Assembly (NCBI GenBank): GCA_963851115.1
Contig: CAWKOI010000005.1
Span: forward strand, 8,317-72,316
Direction of reading: 5' to 3'
From: an uncultured Actinomycetota bacterium
GTDB taxonomy: Bacteria; Actinomycetota; Actinomycetes; Mycobacteriales; Mycobacteriaceae
DNA: 64,000 nt
Shown here: positions 1 to 8,910 of the stretch, in pieces
How positions within the stretch are numbered: the stretch's first letter is position 1
How the letters are laid out: every line of letters starts with the position of its first letter
Position numbers and translations under genes: made by a program
Notes under the pieces: generated by a model
The model's database searches: none
Seen by the model: the letters and a program-made list of their open reading frames with translations, nothing else
What the model was told of the DNA's origin: nothing

Positions 1-708
1 CGGCGAGGGCAATCGGCGCGCCGAGCGTGACGATGTAGTCGATGGCCGGATCCTGTTGCAGCTTCGCTGTGATCGTTGACTGCACCGATGGCATGTCGGT
101 TCCGTTGACGTTGAGGTTCTCCACTGCTCCGCCGAAGCCGGACTTGACGCCGGCACAACGAGACTCCAGCGCCACGTTGCCTTGATCCTGGATGACACAG
201 ACGACCTTCTTGGCGCCATCATCGGCCAACTTCTTGCCGGCCGCCTCCCCCGAGATCTGTTCGTCCTGGCCGAAATACGCTTTGGCGCCCGCAGCCTGCC
301 AGTCGTCGATGCCTGCGTTGAGCGCCACGACCGGGATTCCCGCCGAAATCGCGCTCTGCAGGGCAGGTTTGATGGCTTCCGGCCGCGCCAGTGTGACAGC
401 GATGGCGGCGACCTTGCTGTCGACGGCGTTCTGCACGAGGTTCGCCTGGTCGGGTCCCTGCAACTCGGCCGAGTACTTCAGGTCGATGTTGTCCTTCTTG
501 GCGGCAGTCTCGGCACCCTTGCGGATCGAGGTCCCAGAAGGTGTCGCCTGGCGGCCCGTGGGTGACCATCGCGACGGTGAACCGCGGGGTATCCGCTTGA
601 CCAGCACCCATACCCGAATCCGACGTATCGCGGCTTGCCGCCGGTGCTCGAACATGCCGTCAGGGCGACGAGGAGGCTCACGCATGCAATTACGACGCGC
701 AGTTTCAT
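1..708 (-). CDS. Sugar ABC transporter substrate-binding lipoprotein (partial, runs off window; two apparent frameshifts)
   Basis: Lipobox MKLRVVIACVSLLVALTAC, then AMVTHGPPGDTFWDL and IRKGAETAAKKDNIDLKYS...GIPVVALNAG...YFGQDE in successive frames, typical of periplasmic sugar-binding proteins. Confidence 0.8.
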
Positions 709-733
709 CGGTTTCTACTCTCTGCGTGAATCT

Positions 734-1732
734 TCAGCTGACGGTGGCGGAGTTGGCCGCCTTGAGCGTTTCTGCGGCGACTTGCAGGCCTTCGAGCTGG
801 CCGAGCTCGACGTCTTCGTGTTCGATGTTGACCGCCATGTTCGGGTCGACGCGCTCCAGCGCCTGCAGGAACCGCGCCCAGAACTCCGTGTCGTGGCCGC
901 GGCCGACGGCCACGAAATCCCACGCCGAATCCTCCGGCCACTTGTTCACCACGTGACGGCCGCCGAGCCCGGTGGGGTTCTCGCTCAACGGAATCCGGGT
1001 GAACCGCTCGTCGAGGACGCCGTAGATCTTGCAGTTCTCGTTGATCCGGGTGTCCTTGGCCGCGGCGTGGTAGACCAGCGGGCCCAGCCAGTCGATCGCG
1101 GCGATCGGATCGATGCCCTGCCAGAACAAGTGCGACGGGTCCATCTCGGCACCGACGTTGGTGGCGCCGATACGTTCGACGAGCCGCCGCAGGGTGGGTG
1201 GGTTGAACACCAGGTTCTGCGGATGCATCTCGATGGCAACCTTGACGCCGTTCTCGCGTGCCAGGGCGTCGATTTCGCTCCAGAACGGCAGGGCGACCTC
1301 GTTCCACTGGTAGTCCAGAGAGTCGAGATAGCCTGAGTCCCAGGTGTTGACGTGCCAGGCCGGCCACTGTCCGCCGGGGTGCGCCTCGGGCAGGCCCGAC
1401 ATCGTCACGACGCGATCGACGCCGAGCAGACCGGCGACGCGGATGGCCTTGCGCAGATCGTCGGCATCCTCGGGACCGACCTCGGGGTCGGGGTGCAGGG
1501 GGTTGCCGTTGCAATTCAGCCCGGCGATCGACACCCCGGTGCCGTCGAACGTGGCGAGGTACTGCTGGGGTGTCACCGCACCGGACAGTAGGTCATCGAC
1601 CGGTAGGTGCGGGGTTGGCAGGAACCCGCCGGCGTTGATCTCAGCGCCGGTCAGGCCGAGGGAGGCGATGACTTCCAGCGCTTCCCTGAGTGGCTTGTCG
1701 TGCAGGATGGCGGTGTAGACACCAAGCTTCAT
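734..1732 (-). CDS. Sugar-phosphate isomerase/epimerase (xylose-isomerase-like TIM barrel)
   Basis: MKLGVYTAILHDKPL start; metal motifs AIEMHP, EMDPSHLFWQG, HAAAKD, NIEHED. Confidence 0.85.
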   Translation of the reverse strand: MKLGVYTAILHDKPLREALEVIASLGLTGAEINAGGFLPTPHLPVDDLLSGAVTPQQYLATFDGTGVSIAGLNCNGNPLHPDPEVGPEDADDLRKAIRVAGLLGVDRVVTMSGLPEAHPGGQWPAWHVNTWDSGYLDSLDYQWNEVALPFWSEIDALARENGVKVAIEMHPQNLVFNPPTLRRLVERIGATNVGAEMDPSHLFWQGIDPIAAIDWLGPLVYHAAAKDTRINENCKIYGVLDERFTRIPLSENPTGLGGRHVVNKWPEDSAWDFVAVGRGHDTEFWARFLQALERVDPNMAVNIEHEDVELGQLEGLQVAAETLKAANSATVS

Positions 1733-1751
1733 TGACTGAACTCCGTTCTGG

Positions 1752-2933
1752 TTAGGCGACTTTGACGGCGGCGCCGCCGGATTGGGCGGATTCGGTGACC
1801 GCGGCGACGACACGCAGCCCGTGCAGGCCGGCATCGAAGCCAGGCAGCGGCCCAAGCTCGTCGATGCCGGCGATCTGGTCCAGGAAGGCACGGGTCTGGT
1901 AGCCGAACAGATCGGCCACACCATGACCGACACCGCCCGCGTCCATCGGCAAGCCACCGCGGATGTAGGGGTGCTCCGGTCCGATCAGCACCCGCCGTGG
2001 CCCGCCGATATCGCTGCGGACGTCGTCCGTCGAGATCTCGAACTCTCCCGGCCGATGCAGGTTCCAGGACGCTGAGCCCTTCGATGCGAAGAGTTCGAAG
2101 CCGAGTCCGTCAGGCAGGTTGTGCGCGACGCGCGACGCGGAGTATGTGCCCACTGCGCCGCTGTCGAACCTCGCGGTGAAGGTGGCGACGTCCTCGTTCT
2201 CGACCGCCGCCAATTCCTTGCTGACCGCTCCCTTGGTGTGGCCGTAGGTGACGCCGACGGGCACCGGACGCTGGGCAATCAAGGTAGTGAACGCGGCGCC
2301 GCTGACTTCGGTGATCGGCCCGCAGATGAACTCCGACAAGTCGAGCAGGTGGCTGCCGACATCGGCGAGTGCGCCGGTGCCGGGTCCGCCTCGATAACGC
2401 CAGGTGATCGGCGACGTCGGGTCCAGTGCGTAGTCGCACCAGTAGCGCCCGTTGAAATGCACCAGCTCCCCCAGCGTGCCGGCGTCGAGTTCGCGTCGGA
2501 TCTGCTCGACGGCGGGCGACCTACGGTAGGTGTAGCCGACGGCGGTTACTCGGTCGGAGCGCTCAGCGGCGGCGACCATCGCGTCGGCGTCGGCCAGCGA
2601 CCCCGCCAGCGGCTTCTCGCACAACACGTGCTTGCCTGCGGCGAGCAGTCCCTCGACGATCTCGCGGTGCAGGTGGTTGGCGACCACGACGCTCACCGCG
2701 TCGATATCCGAAGCGTCGGCGATCGCTTGCCAGTCATATTCGGCCCGCTCGTAGCCGTACCGCTTGGCGGTGTCGTCGGCCACGGCGGTGTTGGTGTCGG
2801 CAATGGCGACCAACCGCACGTCCGGCCGATCGGTGCCGAACAGCGTCGTGGCGGTGCGGTAACCGGCGGCATGGGCGCGGCCGGCCATGCCACCGCCGAT
2901 TACGGCCACGCCGAGCGATTGGGCGTTAGTCAT
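1752..2933 (-). CDS. Gfo/Idh/MocA family NAD(P)-dependent sugar dehydrogenase
   Basis: VIGGGMAG Rossmann motif, CEKP, GALADVGSH. Confidence 0.9.
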   Translation of the reverse strand: MTNAQSLGVAVIGGGMAGRAHAAGYRTATTLFGTDRPDVRLVAIADTNTAVADDTAKRYGYERAEYDWQAIADASDIDAVSVVVANHLHREIVEGLLAAGKHVLCEKPLAGSLADADAMVAAAERSDRVTAVGYTYRRSPAVEQIRRELDAGTLGELVHFNGRYWCDYALDPTSPITWRYRGGPGTGALADVGSHLLDLSEFICGPITEVSGAAFTTLIAQRPVPVGVTYGHTKGAVSKELAAVENEDVATFTARFDSGAVGTYSASRVAHNLPDGLGFELFASKGSASWNLHRPGEFEISTDDVRSDIGGPRRVLIGPEHPYIRGGLPMDAGGVGHGVADLFGYQTRAFLDQIAGIDELGPLPGFDAGLHGLRVVAAVTESAQSGGAAVKVA

Positions 2934-2961
2934 GTCCAGGTTCCTTCGGTGTGTCGTTGCT

Positions 2962-2986
2962 TAAACCGATCTATTAGACCGGTCTA
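2962..2986. promoter_or_regulatory. Tandem LacI-type operators
   Basis: Perfect palindrome TAGACCGGTCTA (2975-2986) with a CG centre, preceded by an imperfect copy TAAACCGATCTA (2962-2973), between the divergent dehydrogenase and LacI genes. Confidence 0.7.
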
Positions 2987-3056
2987 GTTCCGCTAGTATG
3001 GCCCTCGTCACACAGGGCGTCAAGGGGCGCCCGGAGACGGACGAAGGACATGGGCA

Positions 3057-4097
3057 GTGACTGATCAGGGCAGTGGCGAAGCGTCGCGGCGTAGCCGCGC
3101 GGTCACCATGCAAGACGTCGCCGACCATGTCGGCGTGTCCAAGGCGCTGGTGTCGATGGTGTTCCGTCGGGTGGCCGGACCGAGCGCCGAGACGCGCCAG
3201 CGGGTGCTCGAGGCCGCGGAGAAGCTGGGGTATCGACCCAATCGATCCGCCGCGCTGCTATCGCTTCGGCGTTCGCACCTCATCGGCGTTATGGCAAATA
3301 TTCGCAACACCTTTCACGCTGAACTTGTCGAGGACATCGTGGCCGAAGCCGACGGATTCGGATACGAGGTGGTACTCGGCGCGGTGACACCAACGCACGG
3401 CGAGGCCGCGGTCGTCGACACGTTGCTGGACTTCCGGTGCGAGGCGCTCATTCTGCTTGGGCCGGAACTCGAGGACGCAAGACTCGCGGAGCTTGGCGAT
3501 CGGGCACCGGTTGTCGTCGTCGGTCGCCGTGTCCCGCGCCCGTCGGTCGATGTGGTGCGGACCGCGGACGCACGCGGGATCGGCAGGGTCGTCGACCATC
3601 TCGTCGAGCTGGGGCATCGGCGAATCAGCCACCTCAGCGGCGGCAGTGGCACCATCCCGAACGACCGCAAATCGGGCTACATGCGCGCGATGAAGAGGCA
3701 CGGGCTCGGCGATGCGATCGACATCCTCGACGGGGACTTCACCGAGCACGCCGGGATACTCGCCGCGCGAACGTTGTTGAGCCGAAAGAAACCTCCGACC
3801 GCGGTCTGCGCCGCCAATGACCGCAGCGCGATCGGACTGCTCGACGAACTGCGCCGTTCGGGTGTCGATGTTCCCGGCGGTATCGCGGTGGCCGGCTACG
3901 ACGACAGCGTGCTGGCCCAGCTCGCTCACATCGACTTGACCACTGTCAGTCAGGAGCCACGCCAACAGGCCGAACGAGCGGTCAGGGCCGTCGTCGAACG
4001 ACTCGATGAAGGTCGCCGAGAACGCGTCGATGTACTACTCGAGCCTCGCCTGGTGATCCGCCACACCACGCTGGGAGAGATCCGCCAACTGGCGTAG
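3057..4097 (+). CDS. LacI family transcriptional regulator
   Basis: N-terminal HTH VTMQDVADHVGVSKALVSMVF...LGYRPN; C-terminal sugar-binding fold AGYDD...LTTVSQ. Confidence 0.95.
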   Translation: MTDQGSGEASRRSRAVTMQDVADHVGVSKALVSMVFRRVAGPSAETRQRVLEAAEKLGYRPNRSAALLSLRRSHLIGVMANIRNTFHAELVEDIVAEADGFGYEVVLGAVTPTHGEAAVVDTLLDFRCEALILLGPELEDARLAELGDRAPVVVVGRRVPRPSVDVVRTADARGIGRVVDHLVELGHRRISHLSGGSGTIPNDRKSGYMRAMKRHGLGDAIDILDGDFTEHAGILAARTLLSRKKPPTAVCAANDRSAIGLLDELRRSGVDVPGGIAVAGYDDSVLAQLAHIDLTTVSQEPRQQAERAVRAVVERLDEGRRERVDVLLEPRLVIRHTTLGEIRQLA

Positions 4098-4102
4098 GTG
4101 TC

Positions 4103-4336
4103 TCAGGCTGCCTTGCGTCGTCGGTCGGCGCGCTCGCGGGTGTCGGTCGACCACAGATAGCCGCACCCCGCGCACTGCAGATGCACCAGCATGCCCTGGT
4201 TGCTCAGCAGGTATTGCCAGTGCGTCGCGCAGTTCTTGGTGCTCTGGCAGTCGCCGCACTTGGAACCGTGATCACAGCTGGGGCATGGCAGCCAGGCACG
4301 GCGGCCACGGTCGGCGGTCGGATCAATCGGCAACAC
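4103..4336 (-). CDS. Small cysteine-rich putative metal-binding protein (77 aa)
   Basis: CPSC-x5-CGDC-x5-CATH-x15-CAGC pattern; start overlaps the end of the upstream ORF. Confidence 0.7.
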   Translation of the reverse strand: MLPIDPTADRGRRAWLPCPSCDHGSKCGDCQSTKNCATHWQYLLSNQGMLVHLQCAGCGYLWSTDTRERADRRRKAA

Positions 4337-4553
4337 GGTTCACCGTCCGATCTGGCAGGACGCCGGCACCGACGAGCTCGTCATAGATTCGCTGCTGTTC
4401 CTCGTCGAGATCGGAATACAGCATGTCGTAGGCCTTTTCTTCCTCGGCGAGCACCGCGATCGGATCCCAGTCGTCACCGATCGCCTCCAGCACGGCGCTG
4501 CGCCGTCGTGCCTCGTCCAAGGTCAGGTCATAGGCGAAGTCGAGGTCGGCCAT
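4323..4553 (-). CDS. Small acidic conserved actinobacterial protein (resembles DUF6400)
   Basis: GGAGG RBS before ATG at 4553; DLTLDEARRRSAVLEAIGDDWDP...YDMLYSDLDEEQQRIYDELVGAGVLP. Confidence 0.75.
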   Translation of the reverse strand: MADLDFAYDLTLDEARRRSAVLEAIGDDWDPIAVLAEEEKAYDMLYSDLDEEQQRIYDELVGAGVLPDRTVNRVAD

Positions 4554-4586
4554 AGCGGCTCCTCCAACCAGTTCATTAGACAAACG

Positions 4587-4605
4587 AACGGTAAGGGTGC
4601 CCTAA
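4587..4605 (-). promoter_or_regulatory. Putative IdeR/DtxR iron box
   Basis: Minus strand TTAGGGCACCCTTACCGTT matches 14/19 of the TWAGGTWAGSCTWACCTWA consensus and contains a TACCGT -10-like hexamer. Confidence 0.7.
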
Positions 4606-4632
4606 TCTCGGCGCATCTGGCAATGACCTACG

Positions 4633-4874
4633 TCACGTTTCCCGATTGAAATGCGTCACAGTCTTGTCGAGCAGCCAGCTCCGCTGCCGGCGGATGAAGT
4701 CCGCGTCCACGACGGCGCCATGGCCGGGGACATAGATCGCATCGTCGCCGCCCGGCTCCGAGCACCCGCTCCAGCGTCTCCGGCCAGGCGCCTGGATCGG
4801 AGTCCGCATCGATGGACGATCGGCAATCTGCAGCGAAACACGCCGTCGCCCAGCCGTTCCCACGCAAAGTTCAC
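4633..4874 (-). pseudogene. MBL-fold metallo-hydrolase remnant with large internal deletion
   Basis: N-terminus [18 protein letters not shown] joined out of frame to C-terminal SIDADSDPGAWPETLERVL...YVPGHGAVVD; HxHxDH core absent. Confidence 0.6.
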
Positions 4875-6268
4875 TGCCCCAACGTCAAGGTTTGCGCCGC
4901 GCGGTACTGATCCAGCACCTGAGGCGTAGGGTCCGCGGTGTACGACGCCGTCACTCCGAACGACCACGATGGCGGCGAATCCTGCTGTGACAGTGTCCAT
5001 GCCGCCTGCCGGGCGGCACCCAACGCGACGTACTCAGCCGGTGTCGGCACATGCACGGGCGCACCCCATATCGCAGGCGCAATGCGCCGGACCGCTTCCG
5101 AGCGCGCTCCCCCGCCGACCAGACTGATGCGTTTGACGTCAACACCCTGCGCGGAGATCTTCTCGATGCAGTAGGCAATCGAACTGAGCAAGCCTTCGAC
5201 GGCTGCGCGGGCGACGTTGGCGGAGGTGAGGTTTCGTGTCGTCACACCGTGGAACGCGCCCGCGGCGTGCGGGAGGTTCGGCGACCGTTCACCTTCGAAA
5301 TACGGCACGATCGTCAGCCCCTCGGCGCCGGCGGGCGCCAACAACGCCAGCCGGTCGAGTTCGTCGAAGTCCACGCCCAGCATCGTCGTGACGGCCGCCA
5401 ACACCGGAGCTCCGTTGAGCGTGCACACCAGTGGCAGTTGCCTTCCGGTGGCGTCGGCGAAACCGGCGACGATCCCCTCCGGATCATGAGGTGCGGATTC
5501 CCCGACCGCGCTCACCACGCCGGAGGTGCCGAGCGAGACCACGCAGTCACCCGGACCGGCGCCCAGACCCAGCGCCGCCGCGGCGTTGTCTCCGGCCCCG
5601 GGGCCGAGCACGGCACCGGGCCGGGTCTGCCCTGCCGCGTCATGCGGGCCCAACACCGTCGGCACCGCGGGCCGGCGTCCCCGCAACGCCAACTCCAGCA
5701 GGTCGGGTTGGTAGCTATCGGTTTCTGCCGAGAAGTACCCCGTTCCGCTGGCGTCGCTGCGGTCGGTGCGCAAATCGCCGATATCGGTCGAGCCACTCAG
5801 CCGCCATGTCAGCCAATCGTGTGGCAGACACACCGCCGCCGTCGCGTCTGCGTGCGCGGGTTCGTTGTCCACGAGCCAACGCAACTTCGTAGCTGTGATC
5901 GCCGCGACCGGCACCACACCGATCCGCTTCGCCCACTCGGCGGCGCCGCCCAACTCCACGACCAACTCGGCGGCTGCCTCGCTTGAGCGGGTGTCATTCC
6001 ACAGCAATGCATCTCGGACCACCTCACCGGCGTTGTCCAGACACACCATGCCGTGTTGCTGGCCTCCGACCGATACGGCCGCCACGTCGTCGAGCCCTCC
6101 GGCCGCATCGATGCTCGCCTGCAGGGCAGACCACCACAGCTGCGGATCCACCTCGGTGCCGTCCGGGTGGGGTGACGACGCGGACCGCACGGTCTCGCCG
6201 GTATCGGCGTCGCAGATCACCACCTTGCAGGACTGGGTGGACGAGTCGATTCCCGCAACGAGTGCCAC
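4871..6268 (-). CDS. xylB: Xylulokinase (FGGY carbohydrate kinase)
   Basis: [50 protein letters not shown]; TAACTT -10 seven nt before the GTG start (leaderless). Confidence 0.9.
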   Translation of the reverse strand: MALVAGIDSSTQSCKVVICDADTGETVRSASSPHPDGTEVDPQLWWSALQASIDAAGGLDDVAAVSVGGQQHGMVCLDNAGEVVRDALLWNDTRSSEAAAELVVELGGAAEWAKRIGVVPVAAITATKLRWLVDNEPAHADATAAVCLPHDWLTWRLSGSTDIGDLRTDRSDASGTGYFSAETDSYQPDLLELALRGRRPAVPTVLGPHDAAGQTRPGAVLGPGAGDNAAAALGLGAGPGDCVVSLGTSGVVSAVGESAPHDPEGIVAGFADATGRQLPLVCTLNGAPVLAAVTTMLGVDFDELDRLALLAPAGAEGLTIVPYFEGERSPNLPHAAGAFHGVTTRNLTSANVARAAVEGLLSSIAYCIEKISAQGVDVKRISLVGGGARSEAVRRIAPAIWGAPVHVPTPAEYVALGAARQAAWTLSQQDSPPSWSFGVTASYTADPTPQVLDQYRAAQTLTLGQ

Positions 6269-6320
6269 GCTTGCGAAGTTACTCCGACGAGTTTGGCGGC
6301 GGCGCACGGTCAGTACATGT

Positions 6321-6872
6321 ATGCGAAAGCTTGTTATCACCGAGAACATCACCCTGGATGGGTCCATCGAGATGCTCGACGACTGGTTTGACCCCCAGCT
6401 TCAGGACGAGGATCTGCTCGAGGAGTCGCACCGCCAGGACGCGCAGGCCGATGCGCTGCTGGTCGGGCGTCAGACATTCGAGGACTTCCGCGGCTACTGG
6501 CCAAAGCAGACCGACGACGCCACTGGCGTGACGGACTACCTCAACCAGGTCGCCAAGTACGTGGTGTCCACGACGATGACCGACCCACAGTGGAAGAACT
6601 CGACGGTGCTCACCGGCGACCCCGTCGAGCAAACCAAGGCGTTGAAGTCCCAACCGGGCAAGGACATCGTCTTGACCGGCAGTATCAGCCTCGCGCACAC
6701 GCTGATCGCCGCGGGGATCGTCGATGAGTACCGCTTGTTCGTCTATCCCGCGGTCCAGGGCCGCGGCCGCCGACTCTTCCCCGACGGCACCGCGATCGGG
6801 ACATTGAAGTTGGTCGAACCGCCGAAGTCCTTCCGGTCCGGGATCACGTTGCTGCGCTATGCCGCCGAGTGA
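6321..6872 (+). CDS. Dihydrofolate reductase-like (RibD C-terminal) protein
   Basis: [57 protein letters not shown]. Confidence 0.85.
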   Translation: MRKLVITENITLDGSIEMLDDWFDPQLQDEDLLEESHRQDAQADALLVGRQTFEDFRGYWPKQTDDATGVTDYLNQVAKYVVSTTMTDPQWKNSTVLTGDPVEQTKALKSQPGKDIVLTGSISLAHTLIAAGIVDEYRLFVYPAVQGRGRRLFPDGTAIGTLKLVEPPKSFRSGITLLRYAAE

Positions 6873-6921
6873 ATGCGGCCGATCACCACACCATGACTAG
6901 CCGGGCTGTCAGAATTGCCCG

Positions 6922-7428
6922 ATGGACGAAGAGCATCCCGAAGCTGCGGAGCGATGGGATGCGGACCGAGACGAGACGGAAGCGCAACGGCTGGACCGAA
7001 ATTGGTCGAGCTTGCTGCAGGAGCTGCGGGTTGCGCAAACCGGCGTCCAGCTGCTCACCGGATTCTTGCTGACGCTGCCGTTTCAGCAGCGGTTCACCCA
7101 GCTCGACACGACCATGCGCACGATCTATCTGGTGACCGTCGCCTGCTCACTCGCCTCGACTCTGCTTCTCGTCGCGCCGGTGGCGATGCACCGGGTCCTG
7201 TTCCGCAAGCACCGGCTCAAGACGTTGGTGTCGGCGTCGCACAGCTACGCCATGGCAGGTCTGCTGCTGCTGGCCGCGGCGCTCGCAGGTGTCGCCGTGG
7301 TCATCTTCGACACCGTCGCCGGCAGGACGGCCGCCTGGATCGCCGGCGCGTGCATGTTGATCGGCGCGATCTGCTTCTGGATCGTCGTTCCGCTGCCGGG
7401 GAGGCGTAAAAAGGACACATCGTACTAG
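6922..7428 (+). CDS. Membrane protein (resembles DUF6328)
   Basis: RDETEAQRLDRNWSSLLQELRVAQTGVQLLTGFLLTLPFQQRF followed by hydrophobic helices. Confidence 0.8.
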   Translation: MDEEHPEAAERWDADRDETEAQRLDRNWSSLLQELRVAQTGVQLLTGFLLTLPFQQRFTQLDTTMRTIYLVTVACSLASTLLLVAPVAMHRVLFRKHRLKTLVSASHSYAMAGLLLLAAALAGVAVVIFDTVAGRTAAWIAGACMLIGAICFWIVVPLPGRRKKDTSY

Positions 7429-7430
7429 GA

Positions 7431-7456
7431 GTTTGCGACCCGGTGGGCCGGGGAAC
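7431..7456 (+). promoter_or_regulatory. Possible SigF-type promoter
   Basis: GTTT-N16-GGGAAC, nine nt before the DoxX ATG; the -10 deviates from the GGGTAT consensus. Confidence 0.35.
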
Positions 7457-7465
7457 CCATGGCCC

Positions 7466-8287
7466 ATGTTGATCCGACGAATCGCGCGACCGATGTTGTC
7501 AGCGGCCTTCATCGGCCGGGGCATCGATGCCCTGCGCAGCCCTAAACCCGCCGCAGACGCGGCCCGCCCCACGCTCGAGGGTCTGAGTAAGCTCCCGGAT
7601 CCCGTCGGTACGAAGGTTCCGTCCAACGCCGAGACCGTTGCCCGCATCAACGCCGCGGTCCAGATCGGTGGTGGGTTGCTGCTCGCTACCGGCAAGCTGC
7701 CCCGGCTGGCATCGGCGGCCCTTGCGGTCAGCGTGGTACCGGGAAGCCTTGGCGGACACATGTTCTGGAACCAAACCGATCCGGCCCGCAAGGCCGACGA
7801 GCGACGCGCGTTCTTGACAGACGTGAGCCTCATCGGCGGGCTGATCATCGCCGCCGCCGACACCGAGGGCAAACCTTCGCTGGGCTGGCGCGGTCGCCGC
7901 GCGGCGCACAAGGTGTCTGAGGCCGTCACCGCGGCGCTTCCGGTCGGAGCGGCGACAGGCGGAGCACTCGCCGACAGCGCGATTGCCGAGAAGTTCGGCC
8001 ACGGCCTGCAGGTCGGTGCCGAACGCGGGCGTGAACTGGCCCACGTGGCAGCCGAGCGCGGCGCCGAACTCGCCGAGGTGGCCCGTGAGCGCGGCGCCGA
8101 ACTCGCCGAGGTGGCGCGCGAACGTGCCCCGGTGCTGGCCGAGGCGGCGCGCGAACGCGGCGCCGAATTGGCAGAAGTCGCGCGCGAACGCGGCGCGGAA
8201 TGGGCCGAGGTGGCGCGCGAGCGTGCCCCCGAGCTCGCCGATACGGCGCGGACGCAGGTGAAGCAGGGTCGTCGCCGCTGGAGCTGA
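7466..8287 (+). CDS. DoxX family membrane protein with C-terminal 11-aa repeats
   Basis: MLIRRIARPMLSAAFI...GHMFW...DVSLIGGLIIAAADTEGKPSLGWR. Confidence 0.85.
   Translation: MLIRRIARPMLSAAFIGRGIDALRSPKPAADAARPTLEGLSKLPDPVGTKVPSNAETVARINAAVQIGGGLLLATGKLPRLASAALAVSVVPGSLGGHMFWNQTDPARKADERRAFLTDVSLIGGLIIAAADTEGKPSLGWRGRRAAHKVSEAVTAALPVGAATGGALADSAIAEKFGHGLQVGAERGRELAHVAAERGAELAEVARERGAELAEVARERAPVLAEAARERGAELAEVARERGAEWAEVARERAPELADTARTQVKQGRRRWS
8015..8245 (+). repeat. Seven 33-bp coding tandem repeats (consensus ARERGAELAEV)
   Basis: Units GAERGRELAHV, AAERGAELAEV, ARERGAELAEV, ARERAPVLAEA, ARERGAELAEV, ARERGAEWAEV, ARERAPELADT. Confidence 0.9.
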
Positions 8288-8397
8288 CTTCGATCAGCGC
8301 GCGTTAAACCGCTCGGCATCGCCGGGCTCAGCGGTAGATTTGCCTCACCGACCATGGTTGTGGTCCCACCTCCCGCTTGCGGGAGAGGAGACATCCG

Positions 8398-8892
8398 ATG
8401 ACAGCCGGCGATTTTCAACCCCAACCCGGACAGTACGGCGAACCGGGTCGATACCCTCCGCCATCCGGCGGACAGGAACCCGGCGGCTTGGCTCTTCGCT
8501 TTGCCGCGCGATTGATCGACGGCATCATCGTCGCAATCGTGAGCTGGATACTGATATTCGCCACGAATACGCTGTCCAATTATTGGGTCACCGGCCTGTT
8601 CACGGGTCTGCTGACCTTCATCTACTTCCTGGCGTTCGAGACGACTCAGGGATGGACGCCCGGCAAAAAGCTGTTGGGCCTGAGCGTGCGCGGACCCGGC
8701 GGAGCGCCGAAGCCCTCCGCCGCGCAGTCGGCGATCCGTAATTCGTGGACGCTGCTGCCGATCATCCCGTTCATCGGTGGGCTGCTCGGGGTCATCGCGA
8801 TCATCGTGATCGCGGTGACGATCAACGGCAGCCCGACCAAGCAGGGCAAGCACGACGAGCTCGCAGGCGGGACACAGGTCGTAAAGGGCTGA
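8398..8892 (+). CDS. RDD family membrane protein
   Basis: RFAARLIDG, GWTPGKKLLGLSV, QGKHDELAGGTQVV; GAGG RBS. Confidence 0.9.
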   Translation: MTAGDFQPQPGQYGEPGRYPPPSGGQEPGGLALRFAARLIDGIIVAIVSWILIFATNTLSNYWVTGLFTGLLTFIYFLAFETTQGWTPGKKLLGLSVRGPGGAPKPSAAQSAIRNSWTLLPIIPFIGGLLGVIAIIVIAVTINGSPTKQGKHDELAGGTQVVKG

Positions 8893-8910
8893 TAGTCCCC
8901 GCCCGGGGCG

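Noticed and set aside
8015-8245. 33-bp periodic repeats as a possible CRISPR array
   Set aside because: No unique spacers, in-frame coding units with synonymous variation, and no cas genes
7147-8853. 568-aa minus-strand ORF with SAPRSRATS repeats
   Set aside because: Antisense shadow of the DoxX and RDD genes; its repeats mirror the 33-bp DoxX repeats
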